From: Malacoraja senta
Taxonomy: Eukaryota
Direction: 5' to 3'
Length of the DNA: 64,000 bases
Assembly: GCA_038087875.1 (NCBI GenBank)
Contig: CM075992.1
Coordinates: forward strand, 12,154,001-12,218,000
The position numbers and the translations under genes were made by a program. Numbering within the stretch: position 1 is the first letter of the stretch; every line of letters starts with the position of its first letter. Below the pieces are notes generated by a model, which saw nothing but the letters and a program-made list of their open reading frames with translations, was not told the origin of the DNA and made no database searches. This document shows, one piece after another, positions 24,988 through 37,925 of the stretch.

Positions 24988-27900
24988 AATAGTAAGATTA
25001 AATGAGAACTTACCAGTTTGAAGTTTGATCTTTATTTTAATAGAATTTACGTTGGTGATTACGTGAAGAAGTCCAGCCAGAGCGCATATGCGTCAATCTT
25101 CAAAGCAGTGGTATGAAATCACAGATAACAGAATATTTGAAGTAACATAGTAAGATCAGCAACATGAGAACTACCATATGACCTTTATGAGAGAGAGGGT
25201 TGGGCGTGGTGGGCACGTAATCACCAACATAACTCCTCATAAAATAAAGATCAAACTTCAAACTGGTACGTTCTCGTTTAATCTTACTATTTTACTTCGG
25301 AGTCATGACAGTGATTCCGTGAAGAGTTCAAAGCTCTGTGATTTTATGCCGCAGATTCAAATCCCGGCTTCTCACTGCATTGATTGACTTCGGATGAGAA
25401 ACAATCAATAATGCGTTAAACATGAAATTTGAATATCATGCAGTAACAATTGATTTGAATAATTAAAACAAACAGTAACCCCTCTATCCTAGGGGAAACT
25501 AAACAGAACTTAATACTGAATTTGCAAACAGCCCCCCATCGGCAATCGGCCAATGGTAAAATTTGTTGAAAAAACAATTCATTTGACCACCCCGCGCCTG
25601 TAAGAATATGATCGATGGGAACATCCATCGCCCTGGCCTCCGACCTTGCTGCTGCAGTAGTGGAATAAGATGTATACACGTCAGTGTTAATACCTGCCTG
25701 AATCAACACTTGCTTTAACCACCTTGAGCTAGTCTGCTCTGACACTCTCTTGTGTGGTTTCTTGTAACTGATAAACAATCCTATTTCCACATTTCTTAAG
25801 GTCCTTGTAGCCACAATATAATGTAATAAATGTGTCCTTACACATAAACATGGATCAGTAGGTTATGCTGAAAGCACAATTTTAAAACCTGTGACACCTG
25901 GCCTGCTCTGTTTGAGCAGGGCGTAAATATATAACATAACATTCTCTTCAGCCACTTCCATCCTGTCTAGCTGAAGCTTTTGCAAAATCTGCACTCGCTA
26001 TGTTGAACCAATGCCATGAGCATGACCACCTTCATGGTGAGTTTGGCCAATTCAGAGACGTGACAGGAACCCACTGTCGAAGCATCTTGAGGACCACACT
26101 TACATCCCAGATCACCATATACCTGGGTTTAGGAGGTTTAGAGTTGAAATTCCTTTCATCAATCGAGCTATGAGATGATGAAAACCCTATAGGATCTTTT
26201 CCTGACCCCATCAAAACCAAACAAAGCACTTAAAGCTGTATTAATGGAACTATAACTGAGCCCCTCATCATCGTAGAGTGTCGACAGGAACTCTAAAACA
26301 TCCACAATACCTGCAGTACTATAGTCAATATTATTTTGTACACAATATTGCTCCCATTTTTTTACATAAGTAATATACCGCTTTTGAGTACTCTTTCTCC
26401 AGGCTGCAGTGAGCATGTCCACTGTTCGCCCAGACAGTCCTCGCCCCAGGTATGATCTTCTTAAAACCTGGAAATTAACAAGTCAATATGATCACATAAC
26501 GGATGACTTTCCCGTGTTAGCGGATGCTCCAGTAAATTCCTATGCTTGGGAACCACCAAAGGAGGTTGGATCGCTAACTGTAACATCAAAGGGAACCATG
26601 CTTGAGTCGGGCAATTATGTATTACAAGCACCCCCGAAGCGGCATCCTGCTTGATTTTTTGCAGACTCCGACCTTTGAGGCAGAATGGTGGGAAAATATA
26701 TAAAAACATACCACCCCAATGTAGCGAGAAAGCATCAATTGCACCTCCCCCTGGTCTGGTTCCCATGAAACATATTTAGGCAGCTGGTGGTTAAACCTCG
26801 ATGCAAAACAAATCGATATCTGGCATTCATATATAAGTACTATATTATTGAACACCTCCTGGTTCAACATCCAATCTGTGTTGTCATGGAACTTTCGTGA
26901 CTTGGTGTCTGCTACTATGTTGAATCTACCTGGTAGATAAATAGCTGAAAACCAAATATCTTTTTCAATGCACCAGGCCCAAATTTGATTAGCCAATCTG
27001 TCACAAGATACCGACTTGATTCCACCGATGTGATTAATATATATGCCACTGCCGTAGTATTGTCAATCTGAAACTGAACATGCAGTTACCTTTGTTAGAG
27101 CAATAAGCCTTATCCATAAAAAGCTCTTAATAGTTAATTCCCCATGTCTGCAGAAGCGATGCCTCTTGCTCAGTCCATCTGCCTCCACAGCTGAAACTCG
27201 TATCCGTGACACCCCACCCGAGTGCACTGACATTCATCTGCAAAATCATGGGAGGCTGCTCAAGTACTACCATGGTAAACTACTAGACACATGGTGAATC
27301 CACCATTGCAAATCAGAAACAGCCTCTGCTGATAACTGCATGAGTCTATTATAATAACCCGAATGTATCCTTAGTGCCTCCATTAGCTTGATACAGCTGT
27401 CAATTAGCTCTACCCTTTCTCCCTGGGCAGAGTCACTTAATTGAATCAATTGTGACCCAAATAGTCAGGTGTTAATTTGGATTTCACTGGATGGATAATG
27501 CCCAATCTTTAAAAAGTGGATTTAACAACTACCACCGGTTACTTCAGCTGTTCTCTTGGATACCCCTGTAATCAAGATATCATCGAGATAAGCTATGAGC
27601 ACCTGACCCTGGCCTCTCAGCATGCCTATTATAGGTTTTTAACAATTTTGTGCCACAGTTGATCCATCCAGGTAAATTTCAAATATCCTTTATCCTGCAA
27701 ATGAACAGACATTGAGTAATGCGCATCTTTAAGCTCTATAGTCCCCATATAGCATCCTCTTGACCCAGTTGCTTGGCAGTGACAATTCCATCTTACAATG
27801 TCTATACTGCATCCCCCATCCTTTTTTGGCCTGGGAAAATATTAGACACAAATTGATGGGGTTGGTGAACCGACTTTCCAATTACACCTTTATCACAGAA

Positions 27901-29478
27901 GTTTCCAAGCGCAGTCTGAACCTCCATCTGTTCTGTTAATGAAAGCTGAACAGTTCTCCCTGGAACATGCTGAATGTGCAAATCACAATTTGGATTTAAC
28001 TCCATTTGAAACCCTTGAATAACAGTCAGTATAAACAGAGCTGAGGTAATTTGCTTCCATTCATCCCGGAACAGATGTAATGTACCCCCAGATTTTAGTT
28101 GTGTCACATTTGATATGTGCACCTGAGAACCAGGTCCACCTACCCCCTTGGAACCTGGTGGATCGCGTTGTCCCCGGCCCCTGGCGGGAAGGCCGACGTT
28201 TGACCGTGTTCCCGCTGCAGAATGCCACCTGCACATCTGCATTGCCGGCCGATTTGTTCCTGGTCCAGACCAATCTGTCCCTCGTTTGTAGGGGTACTTT
28301 ATTTTTTGGAAACTTGCCGACCGCCGGTGGCTTGATCTAGCCCACCGTCTTTGCCTCGTCATCCATCTCCTTGACACGCTTGGCTAGGACCTCTCCGAAG
28401 AGTAGGTTGGCCGGCTGTATGTTGCTGGGCTGGCAGAGTGCTGCAACCTTGGGATTAATGGTGGGCCGAATGGCACTTTCCCTGGGACAATTTATCTCAA
28501 AATGGGCGCTACAAAGCAACCCTAGTACCTCTTGCTGCGTCTCCGACAGATGCCCTCCATCCACCGTTCTAGCGAACCCCGTGATTCCTGAGCCAAGTAG
28601 TTTCAGGATTCTCTGCAGCTCCATCTCCTGTGCACTCATGCCCACGCCCATCTGGCTCCATATCACCGGGTTCACTGCTGGCACCTTCAGCAACACACAG
28701 TTCCCCGGGTCTCCTGTTTCTTGGCGGTACCAGACTCTGACGGGACAGCGAATCGTGCTGCCAGTGCTAAGACCTCTGACAACGGCCGTCTTCGCTAGGC
28801 TCGAACTCACCGTCAGAGTCGGGGTCAGAACTTAGCTGACCCTCTGCATTCACCTCATCCATGAGGGTGCTATCAAGCAGCACTCTACCAGGTGCTGCCG
28901 GCGCGGCCTCTTCTGCAGCCTGCCGCCCACACGACTCCTTCCCCCGGAGTGTGCGTTGCTGGAGCAACCTCTGTATGAGGTTCTCCATTTGGGATAACCG
29001 TTTTAAAATGGTATCCAGCCCCGTTCAGGACTCGTCGCGGCCCGACTCAGTTGAGTCCGAGGGCCTCCCAGACTTTTCCGTTGGCCTTACGCCCGACTGG
29101 CGTTGGCTTTGGTGCATTGTAGCACTATGTCTGCAGTCGCCCCGCTCCCGGTCGGCGACTGTGCAGGGGTACGAGGCAGCCGCTCACAGACCACACTCCC
29201 GCGGCTCTCCTTTGCTTACCAGCGGCTCGCCTCCCCCTGGTCGTCTTCACCATGGTGCCCTGTAAAAACCAACAAAGCACGGCACCGCAGCAAAACAACT
29301 ACTTACTACAGCTAAGTTTTCCCACTTAGCTGGAGTTTAAAATTACTTTAAAACTACTTACCACAGGAGGAACTCGGTCCTCCCGCTGGTCCGTGCACCA
29401 ATGCGTCAGACGTAATGACGCGCATGCGCTCTGGTGGGACTTCTTCACGGAATCACTGTCGTGACTCCGAAGTAAAAT
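24988..29478 (-). mobile_element. Full-length degenerate DIRS1 retrotransposon with both termini and ICR
   Basis: YR fragments (25416-26422), MT-like DAFSLHWGGMFLYIFPPF, RH, RT and gag fragments; ICR 25213-25325 complementary to both ends (24988-25066 and 29443-29478). Confidence 0.93.
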
Positions 29479-29814
29479 TAAACATGACCTTTGAATGCTA
29501 TCTACTACGATAGTCACAAACGTGACCGAGTGGCAACCGCTATTAATGCCAACTCTATTTATAGCCGCCCAAAAATAAAGCATACACTATATGCTGCTGC
29601 AGCATAGCTGAGCCCCTCAGCTAGCAGTAACTATGTTTAAAATTGCTCGGTGCAACGGCAGCTGAGCTTACCTGAGCGGTAGCTCCTGGCCGTGGCTATT
29701 TTTAACTCACTGGCTGCTGCTAAACCTCCTGCAGCGATCGTTGACCTGGCTGCGCCGGCAGCCGCAATAATGAAATCCTAGCTCCTTATGGAGCCCCACG
29801 GTGGCCTCCAAATC

Positions 29815-30700
29815 TGGTGTTGTGGATAATGGTCTACAGAGTGATTTAGGCCATTTGGAAGTGGGCTGAAAGATGGCAGATGGAGTTTAATGCTGATAAG
29901 TGTGAGATGCTACATCTTGGCAGGACAAATCAAAATAGGACGTACATGGTAAATGGTAGCGAATTGAGGAATGCAGTTGAACAGAGGGATCTAGGAATAA
30001 CTGTGCATAGTTCCCTGAAGGTGGATTCTCATGTAGCTATGGTGGTAAAGAAAGCTTTTGGTGTGCTGGCCTTTATAAATCAGAGCATTGAATATAGAAG
30101 TTGGGATGTAATGTTAAAATTGTACAAGGCATTGGCGAGGCCAATTCTGGAGTATGGTGTACAATTTTTGTTGCCAAATTATAGGAAAGACGTCAATAAA
30201 TTTGAGAGAGTACAGAGGAGATTTACTAGAATGTTGCCTGGGTTTCAGCAACTAAGTTACAGAGAAAGGTTGAACAGGTTAGGTCTTTATTCTTTGGAGC
30301 GCAGAAGGTTAAGGGGGGACTTGATAGAGGTCTTTAAAATGATGAGAGGGATAGACAGAGTTGACGTGGATACGTTTTTTCCATTGAGAGTAGGGAAGAT
30401 TCAAACAAGGGGACATGATTTGAGAAATAAGGGACAGAAGTTTAGGGGTAACATGAGGGGGAACTTCTTTACTCAGAGAGTGGTAGCTGTGTGGAATGAG
30501 CTTCCAGTGGAAGTGGTGGAGGCAGGTTTGATTTGATCATGTAAAAATAAATTGGATAGGTATATGGACGGGAAAGGAATGGAGGGTTATGGTCTGAGTG
30601 CAGGTAGATGGGACTAAGTGAGAGTAAGTGTTTGGCACGGACTAGAAGGGCCGAGATGGCCTGTTTCCGTGCTGTAATTGTTATATGGTTATATGTGGTT
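29815..30700 (+). mobile_element. CR1 LINE 3' fragment (subfamily with atatggtt tail)
   Basis: MEFNADKCEMLH, RPILEYGVQF, RLRGDLIEVFK, WNELP. Confidence 0.9.
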
Positions 30701-33700
30701 ATAATGCCACTGTGGTGGTGGGGGATTTCAATATGCAGGTAGACTGGGAAAATCAGGTTGGTTCGGTACCCCAAGAAAGAGAGTTTGTAGAGTGCCTCCA
30801 AGATGGATTCTTAGAGCAGCTTGGAGACGACCAAAGAAAATCCAATTCCGGATTTAGTGTTGTCCATTGAACCAGATTTGATAAGAGAACTAGAGGTAAA
30901 GGAACCGTTTGGAGGTAGTAATCATAATATGATTAGTTTAAATCTGCAATTTGAGAAGGAGAAGGTTAAATCGGAAGTGTCAGTGATGCAGCTGAACAAA
31001 GGGGACTATGAAGGCATGAGAGAGGAGCTGGCCAAGGTAGACTGGAAAGGGATCCTAGCAGGAATGATGGTTCAACTGCAATGGCTGGAATTTCTGGGCA
31101 TAATACGGAACAGGGGCGGAAAACCCGGGGGGGCCAGAGGGGACACGCCCCCCCCCCCATGTTTTGAGAGGTGGGGGACATCCCCCCCCAAGTTTTTGTG
31201 ATCCCGATTTTAAAATCTCCGTTTTCCGCGAGACAGTGGGGGTGGGACTGAGGATAGAGTGCGCGATTGGAGGAGGGAGACATGGCACAGACCTGCGCCT
31301 CATCCGCAGGCAGGATCGATCCCGGCCGGGTCTCCGGCACTGTCCTGAGTGCCCCCCCCCCACGGGGTGGCCAGAGAGGTCGGGAGTCAGACACGAGTTG
31401 TACCCCCAGGCCCACAGCCAGCGCAGAGAAACAGCACTAAACCCAGCTCACTCTGCCTGTCCCGCCAAGTAAACCTGGCTGGGCTTGCGGGAAATATGGC
31501 CAGCGCGGAGAAGCAGCGCTGGTGTCCTGTCAGTCCAGACAGAGCTGTAGTTAACCTGGCGAGACAGGCAGTGTTGAGCTGCATTAGCGCTGAGTTGAGC
31601 ATCCGAAGCCTCGCGTGTGTGTGAGTGTGCGCATGCGTGCGCGGCCGCCAAAAAATTGTGTCCCCCATCCCCTCCATGTTTTGATGGCGAGTTCCTCTCT
31701 TGATCCGGAAGACGCAGGATCATTTCAATCCAAAAAGGAAGAAAGATTCTAAGGGGAGTAGGAGGCAACTGTGGCCGACAAGAGAAGTTAGGATTAGAAT
31801 AAAACTAAAAGAAAAGATGTATAACAAAGAAGCCGGAAGCCAGAGGATTGGGAAACTTTCATAGGATAACAGAAGGAAACAAAACGGGCAATACGGGCTG
31901 AAAAGATGAAGTACGAGGGGAAGATGGCCAGGAATATAAAGCAGGGGACAGTAAAATTCTTTAGATAGGTTAAGGGAAAAAGAATAGCTAAGTCAAATGT
32001 GGGTCCCTTGAAGGCAGACACGGGTGAAATATTTATGGGGAACAAGGAAATGGCAGAAGAGTTGAACAGGTACTTCGGATCTGTCTTCACTAAGGAAGAC
32101 ACAAACAATCTCCCTAAAGTACTGGAGGACAGAGGATCTAAGGGGGTAGAGGAACAGAAATAAATTTTCATTTGGCGAGAAATAGTATTGGGTAGGCTAA
32201 TGGGACTGAACGATGATAAATCCCCTGGGCCTGATGGTCTGCATCCCAGGGTCCTCAGGGAGGTGACTCTAGAAATAGTGGACGCATTGGTGATCATTTT
32301 CCGATATTCAATGGATTCAGGATCAGTTCCTGTGGATTGGAGAATAGCTAATGTTATCCCACTTTTCAAAAAAGGAGCAAGAGAGAAAACGGGGAATTAC
32401 AGACCAGTTAGCCTGACTTCGGTGGTGGGAAAGATGCTGGAGTCAATTATTAAAGAGGTAATAATGGGGCATTTGGATAGCAGTAAGAGGATTAATCCAA
32501 GTCAGCATGGATTTATGAAAGGAAAATCATGCTTGACAAATCTTCTGGTAATTTTTGAGGATGTGACTAGTAAAATGGTTGAAGGGGAGCCAGTGGATTT
32601 AGTGTATCTAGACTTTCAGAAAGCCTTTGATAAGGTCCCGCACGGGAGATTGGTGACTAAAATTAGAGCACCTGGTATTGGGGGTAGGGTGTTGACATGG
32701 ATAGAAAATTGTTTGGCAGACAGGAAGCAAAGAGAAGGAGTGAGCGGGTCCTTTTCAGAATGGCAGGCAGTGGCGAGTGGAGTGCCGCAAGGCTCGGTGT
32801 TGGGGCCGCAACAGTTTATCATACATATTAATGATTTGGAAGAGGGAATTAGGAGCAACTCTAGCAAGTTTGCGGATGACACAATGCTGGGTGGCAGTGT
32901 GAACTGTGAAGAGGATGTTAGGAGGTTGCAGGGTTACCTGGACAGGTTGAGTGATTGCGCAGATGTGTGGCAGATGCAGTATAATATAGATAAATGTGAG
33001 GTTATCCACTTTGGCGGCAGATTATTATCTCAATGGGATTAGGTTAGGTAAGGGGAAGGTGCAGCGAGACCTGGGCATCCTTGTACACCGGTCACTGAAA
33101 GTTGGCTTACAGGTACAGCAGGCAGTGAAGAAAGCTAATGGAATGTTGGCCTTCCTAACAAGAGGATTTCAGTATAGGAGTAAAGAGGTTCTTCTGCTGT
33201 TGTATCGGCTCAGTTTTGGTCTCCTAATGTGAGGAAGGACATCCTTGTGATTGAGGCAGTGCAGCGTAGGTTCACGAGATTGATCCCTGGGATGGCGGGA
33301 CTGTCATATGAGGAAAGATTGAAAAGACTCGGCTTGTATTCACTGGAGTTTAGAAAGATGAGGGGGGGATCTCATAGAAATATATAAAATTTTAAAAGGA
33401 CTGGACAAGCTAGATGCAGGGAAAATGTTCAAAATGCTGGCGAGTCCAGAACCAGGGGCCACAGTCTTGGAATAAAGGGGAGGTCATTTAAGACTGAGGT
33501 GAGAAAAAACATTTTTACCCAGAGAGTTGTGAATTTATGGAGTTCCCTGCCACAGAGGGCAGTGGAGGCCAAGTCACTGGATGGATTTAAGAGAGAGTTA
33601 GATAGAGCTCTAGGTGCTAGTGGAGTCAAGGGATATGGGGAGAAGGCAGGCACGCGTTATTGATAGGGGACGATCAGCCATGATCACAATGAATGGCGGT

Positions 33701-33762
33701 GCAGGCTCAAAGGGCCAAATAGCCTCCTCCTGCATCTATTTTCTATATTTCTATGTTTCTAT
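30700..33762 (+). mobile_element. CR1 LINE ORF2 (end of endonuclease, RT, 3' tail), interrupted by a hAT MITE
   Basis: VVGDFN, GGSNHNMI (APE), RT motifs at 32188-33042, ttctatg tail. Confidence 0.93.
31111..31702. mobile_element. Non-autonomous hAT-like DNA transposon
   Basis: 8-bp TSD atacggaa/atccggaa (1 mismatch); degenerate TIRs caggggcggaa / rc caagagaggaa; removal restores the CR1 frame LGIIRKTQDHF. Confidence 0.75.
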
Positions 33763-33779
33763 GATATGCAGGTAATGGA

Positions 33780-36745
33780 GGGCCGTGGATTATGTTCAGT
33801 CAGGTAGGGGTTGGTCTCGGCATCATGGGGTCGGCCTTTTTGGACTAGGATGAGGAAAAATGTGTTCACCCAGAGAGTTGTGAATCTGTGGAATTCTCTG
33901 CCACAGAAGGCAGTGGAGGCCGATTCACTGGATGTTTTCAAGAGAAGAGTTAGATTTAGCTCTTCGGGCTGATGGAATCAGGGGATATGGGGAGAAAGCA
34001 GGAAAGGGGTACTGATTTTAGATGATCTGCCATGATCAAATTGAATGGTGGTGCTGGCGCGATGGGCCGAATGGACCACTCCTGCACCTATTTTCTATGT
34101 TTCTATATTTCTATGACATTGTGGGCTGAAGGGCCTGTTCCTGAGCTGCACTCTTCTATGTTCTAAGTTCTATGTTTGTGTACCTTGGGTAAAACAGCTG
34201 CGACATTAATGGCTCAAACCGTCTTCATGTGTGAAGGTTTGCACGCAAGTGTTGCACAAGTGGTGAGCATTGCTGAGGCTCCGTTGCAGTGAGCCGTCAT
34301 TTTCTCCCTCTTCCTCTGTGGTGGCGTTAATGGTGGGTGTTGCCGCCCAGAGTGGAGGGAACGCACGGCCTCGACGGGAAAATGGGGTTAAGAGCAAGAG
34401 ATAGATCAGCCATGATTGAATGGCGGAGTAGACTTGATGGGCCGAATGGCCTAATTCTCTCCTATGACATGATCTTATGATACCCCCTCTCTCTGCCCTC
34501 ATGATCCTACACTATGACCCAGGGGCGAGGGGATGGGGGGGTGGGGGGGAGAGGGTAGGGGGGGGGGTGTTGGTGGGGAGATCTGAGAGAGTTCTCCCGG
34601 GTAAAGGAGACCATGTTGAAAGTAGTAATGAATGCAAATGCAACGTTAGCATTCAACATGGACAAGAACATAACAAAACATGGATGTAATGCTAGGGCTT
34701 TATAATGCACTGTTCAGACCACATTTGGAGTATTGTGAAGATAGAAACAAAAAGCTGGGGTAACTCAGCGGGTCAGGCAGCATCTCTGGAGAAAAGGTGT
34801 AGGTGACGTTTCGGGTCGAGACCCTTCTTCAGACTCAGTCGTTGGAGTGGTGTGAGTAGTTTTATGCCCCATATCTGAGGAAGGATGTGCTGGTCAGAGG
34901 AGGTTAACAGGAATTATCCCAGGAATGAGTGGGTTAACATATGATGAGCGTTTGACGGCACTGGGCCTGTACTCGCGTTTAGAAGGATGAGAGGGCACCT
35001 CATTGAAACTTGCCGAATATTGAAAGGCTTGGATAGTGTGGATGTGGAGAGAATGCTTCCACTAGTGGAAGAGTCTAGGACCAGAGGTCATAGCCTCAGA
35101 ATAAAAAGGACGTACCTTTAGAAAGATGAGGAGGAATTTTGTCAGTCATGGGGTGGTGAATTTGTGGAATTCATTGCCACAGAAGGCTGCGGAGGCCACA
35201 TCATTGGGTATTTTTAAAGCAGAGGTGACAAGTTCTGGATTAGTAAGGGTTTAGTTTAGTTTGATTTGGAGATACAACGTAGAAACAGGCCTTTCGGCCC
35301 ATCGAGTCTGTTCTATGCTACACATTAAGGATAATTTTACAGAAACCAATTAACCCACAAACCCGCACGTCTTTGGAGTGTGGGAGGAAAACGGAGCACC
35401 CAGAGAAAACCCACACAGTTCCAGGGAGAGCGTGCAAACTCCGGTCAGTCAGCACCCGGAGTCAGGCTCCAACCCGCGTCTTTGGGTGCTGCAAGGCAAC
35501 AACTCTACCGCTGCGCCACCGTGCCGGGGTGAAACGTTACGGGGAGAAGGCAGCAGCGTGGGGTTGAGAGGGAAAGATAGATCAGTCATGATTGAATGGC
35601 GGAGTAGACTCGATGGGCCGAACGGCCTATTTCTGCTCCTAGAACTTATGAACTTATGAATACCTTTCGTGGTGCGTCCCTTCACCCTCACGATAGACAC
35701 TAAAATGCCCGATTCCCATTCCCACACTGATCTTTCTGTCCTGGGTCTCCTCCATTGTCAGAGTGGCCAAACGCAAAGTGGAGGAACAGCATCTCATATT
35801 TCGCTTGGGCAGCTTACACCCCAGTGGTATGAACATTGACTTCTCTAACTTCAAGTAACTCCTGCATTCCCTCTCTCTCCATCCGCTCCCCAACCCGAGT
35901 CATTGTACTAGTTTCACAGTCTTCCTGGTAAGTTTCGTTGTCTGTAACTCGTTTTCACCTAGCCCACAGCTAACAATGGCCTGTTTTCCTTTATCATCGT
36001 TACTTTATTTGCATATCTTTCATTCATTTATTCTATATCTCGCTACATCACCGTCTATATCTCTCATATCCCTTTCCCCTGGCTCTCAGTCTGAAGAAGG
36101 GTCTCGACCTGAAATGTCACCTATTCCTTCTCTCCAGAGATGCTGCCCGACCCGTTGAGTTATTCCAGCATCTTCAGTCTCACACCTCATTAACAGGGGA
36201 ACCATCGCTGGTGATTAGACAATAGAGCATGCAGGAGTCGGCCATTTGGCCCTTCGAGCCACACCGCTATTTATGTGATCATGGCTGATCATCCACAATC
36301 AGTACCCCGTTCCTGCCTTCTCCCGATATCCCCTGACTCCGCTATCTTTAAGCGCTCTATCTAACTCTCTCTTGAAAGCATCCATAGAAATGGCCTCCAC
36401 TGCCTTCTGAGGCAGAGAATTCCACAGACTCAAAACTCTCTGGGTATAAAAGTTTTTCCTCATCTCCGTTCTGAATGGCCTACCCCTTATTCATAAACTG
36501 TGGCCCTTGGTTCCGGACTCCCCCAACATCGGGAACATGTTTCCTACCTATGGCATGTCCAACCCCTTAATAATCTCGTATGTTGCAATAAGTTCGACTC
36601 ATCCTTCTAAATTCCTGTGTATACAAGCCCAGTCGCTCCATTCTCGCAACATATGACAGTTCCGCCATCCCGGGAATTAACCTCGTGAACCTACGCTGCA
36701 GTCCCTCAATTACAAGAATGTCCTTCCTCAAATATGGAGACCAAA
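33780..36745. mobile_element. Mosaic of CR1 3' fragments, a V-SINE (35250-35525, -) and Penelope termini (34740-34840 -, 35715-36175 +)
   Basis: Repeated gtgaatctgtggaattc..cagaaggcagtggaggcc CR1 ends; SINE tail (TAAAC)n; GIY-YIG C-terminal EEQHLIFRLGSLHPSGMN. Confidence 0.75.
34802..34835 (-). ncRNA. Minimal hammerhead ribozyme motif (Penelope type)
   Basis: rc reads agt-CTGAAGA-A-GGGTC-TC-GACCC-GAAA-CG-TC-acc. Confidence 0.6.
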
Positions 36746-37725
36746 GCTTACTTTCACGTTCAACACTCCAGATGGAGGTTGTTTTATTTTTGAGCCGCTC
36801 GTTGTCTTTTTTCCCTTTTTGTTTCACAGTTTCAAAACTGTTATCATTTTGTGGTCTTGTCCAGCAGTTGCCCGTGTGAGAACTGAACCTTCCACAAGTA
36901 GGGACACTGTTGGTGAACCCTCATGTTGCTGTGGTGGGCAGGTCCTGCAATCTCCTACCTCCAATGCCCCCGGCCCACCTGGATATCACAGGTCAACATT
37001 TCGGACCTTGCCAGGACTTGAGGGCCTGAGCTACAGGGAGAGGTCGGGCAGACTAGGACTCTATTCCAGGGAGCGCAGGAGGATGACGGGTGATCTTATA
37101 CCGGTTAGTTTAGTTTACTTTTGTTTAGTTTCCTGTTTAGTTTAGTTAAGTTCAGTTTAGTTTAGAGATGCCGTGTAGAAATAGGCCCTTCAGTCCAACG
37201 AGTGCATGCTGACCAGCAATCCCCACACACTAACTACGCATCGATCCTACACACACTGGGGACAATTTACAATTTTTACAGAAACCAATTAACCTATAAA
37301 CCTGCACGTCTTTGGAATGTGGGAGGATACCGGAGCTCCCGGAGAAAACCCACGCTGGTCACGGAGAGAGCGTACAAACTCCGTACAGACAGCACCCATG
37401 GTCAGGATGGAACCCGGGTCTCTGGCGCTGTGAGGCAGCAACTCTACCGCTGCACCACCATGTATAAGATCATGAAGGTCATTTATAGAGTGAATGCAGA
37501 GTCTTTTACCTAGAGTAGGGCAATCAAGTACCAGAGGACATAGGTTTAAGTTAAAAGGGGAAAAGATTTAATAGAAACCTGAAGGGCAACTTGACTTTGT
37601 ACCAAATGTAAATTGTCCTTAGAGTGTAAGATAGTGTTGCTGTGCGGGGATCGCTTGTCAGCGCGGACTCTATGGGCCGAAGGGCCTGTTTCTGTGCTGT
37701 ATCTGTAAACTAAACCATACATAAT
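36590..37725. repeat. Inverted near-identical duplicate of 62866-64000
   Basis: Same composite of CR1 piece, unique spacer and V-SINE in reverse complement; the ORF track gives near-identical 108-aa peptides for both copies. Confidence 0.92.
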
Positions 37726-37925
37726 NNNNNNNNNNNNNNNNNNNNNNNNNNNNNNNNNNNNNNNNNNNNNNNNNNNNNNNNNNNNNNNNNNNNNNNNNNN
37801 NNNNNNNNNNNNNNNNNNNNNNNNNNNNNNNNNNNNNNNNNNNNNNNNNNNNNNNNNNNNNNNNNNNNNNNNNNNNNNNNNNNNNNNNNNNNNNNNNNNN
37901 NNNNNNNNNNNNNNNNNNNNNNNNN
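37726..37925. other. Assembly gap (200 N)
   Basis: Run of N. Confidence 1.

Larger units (their letters stand above)
21726..29800 (-). mobile_element. Internally deleted non-autonomous DIRS1-family element (copy B) hosting nested L1 and DIRS1 insertions
   Basis: Same terminus as 14445 fused directly to the ~120-bp repeats (21820-22150); 24221-24925 matches 17590-18290 and 20060-20110; 29498-29760 matches 20110-20350. Confidence 0.7.

Noticed and set aside
34477..34525. LSALMILHYDPG resembling the end of a GPS/Stachel motif
   Set aside because: No upstream CxCxHL or W residues, no splice sites, and it directly follows a repeat tail; likely chance
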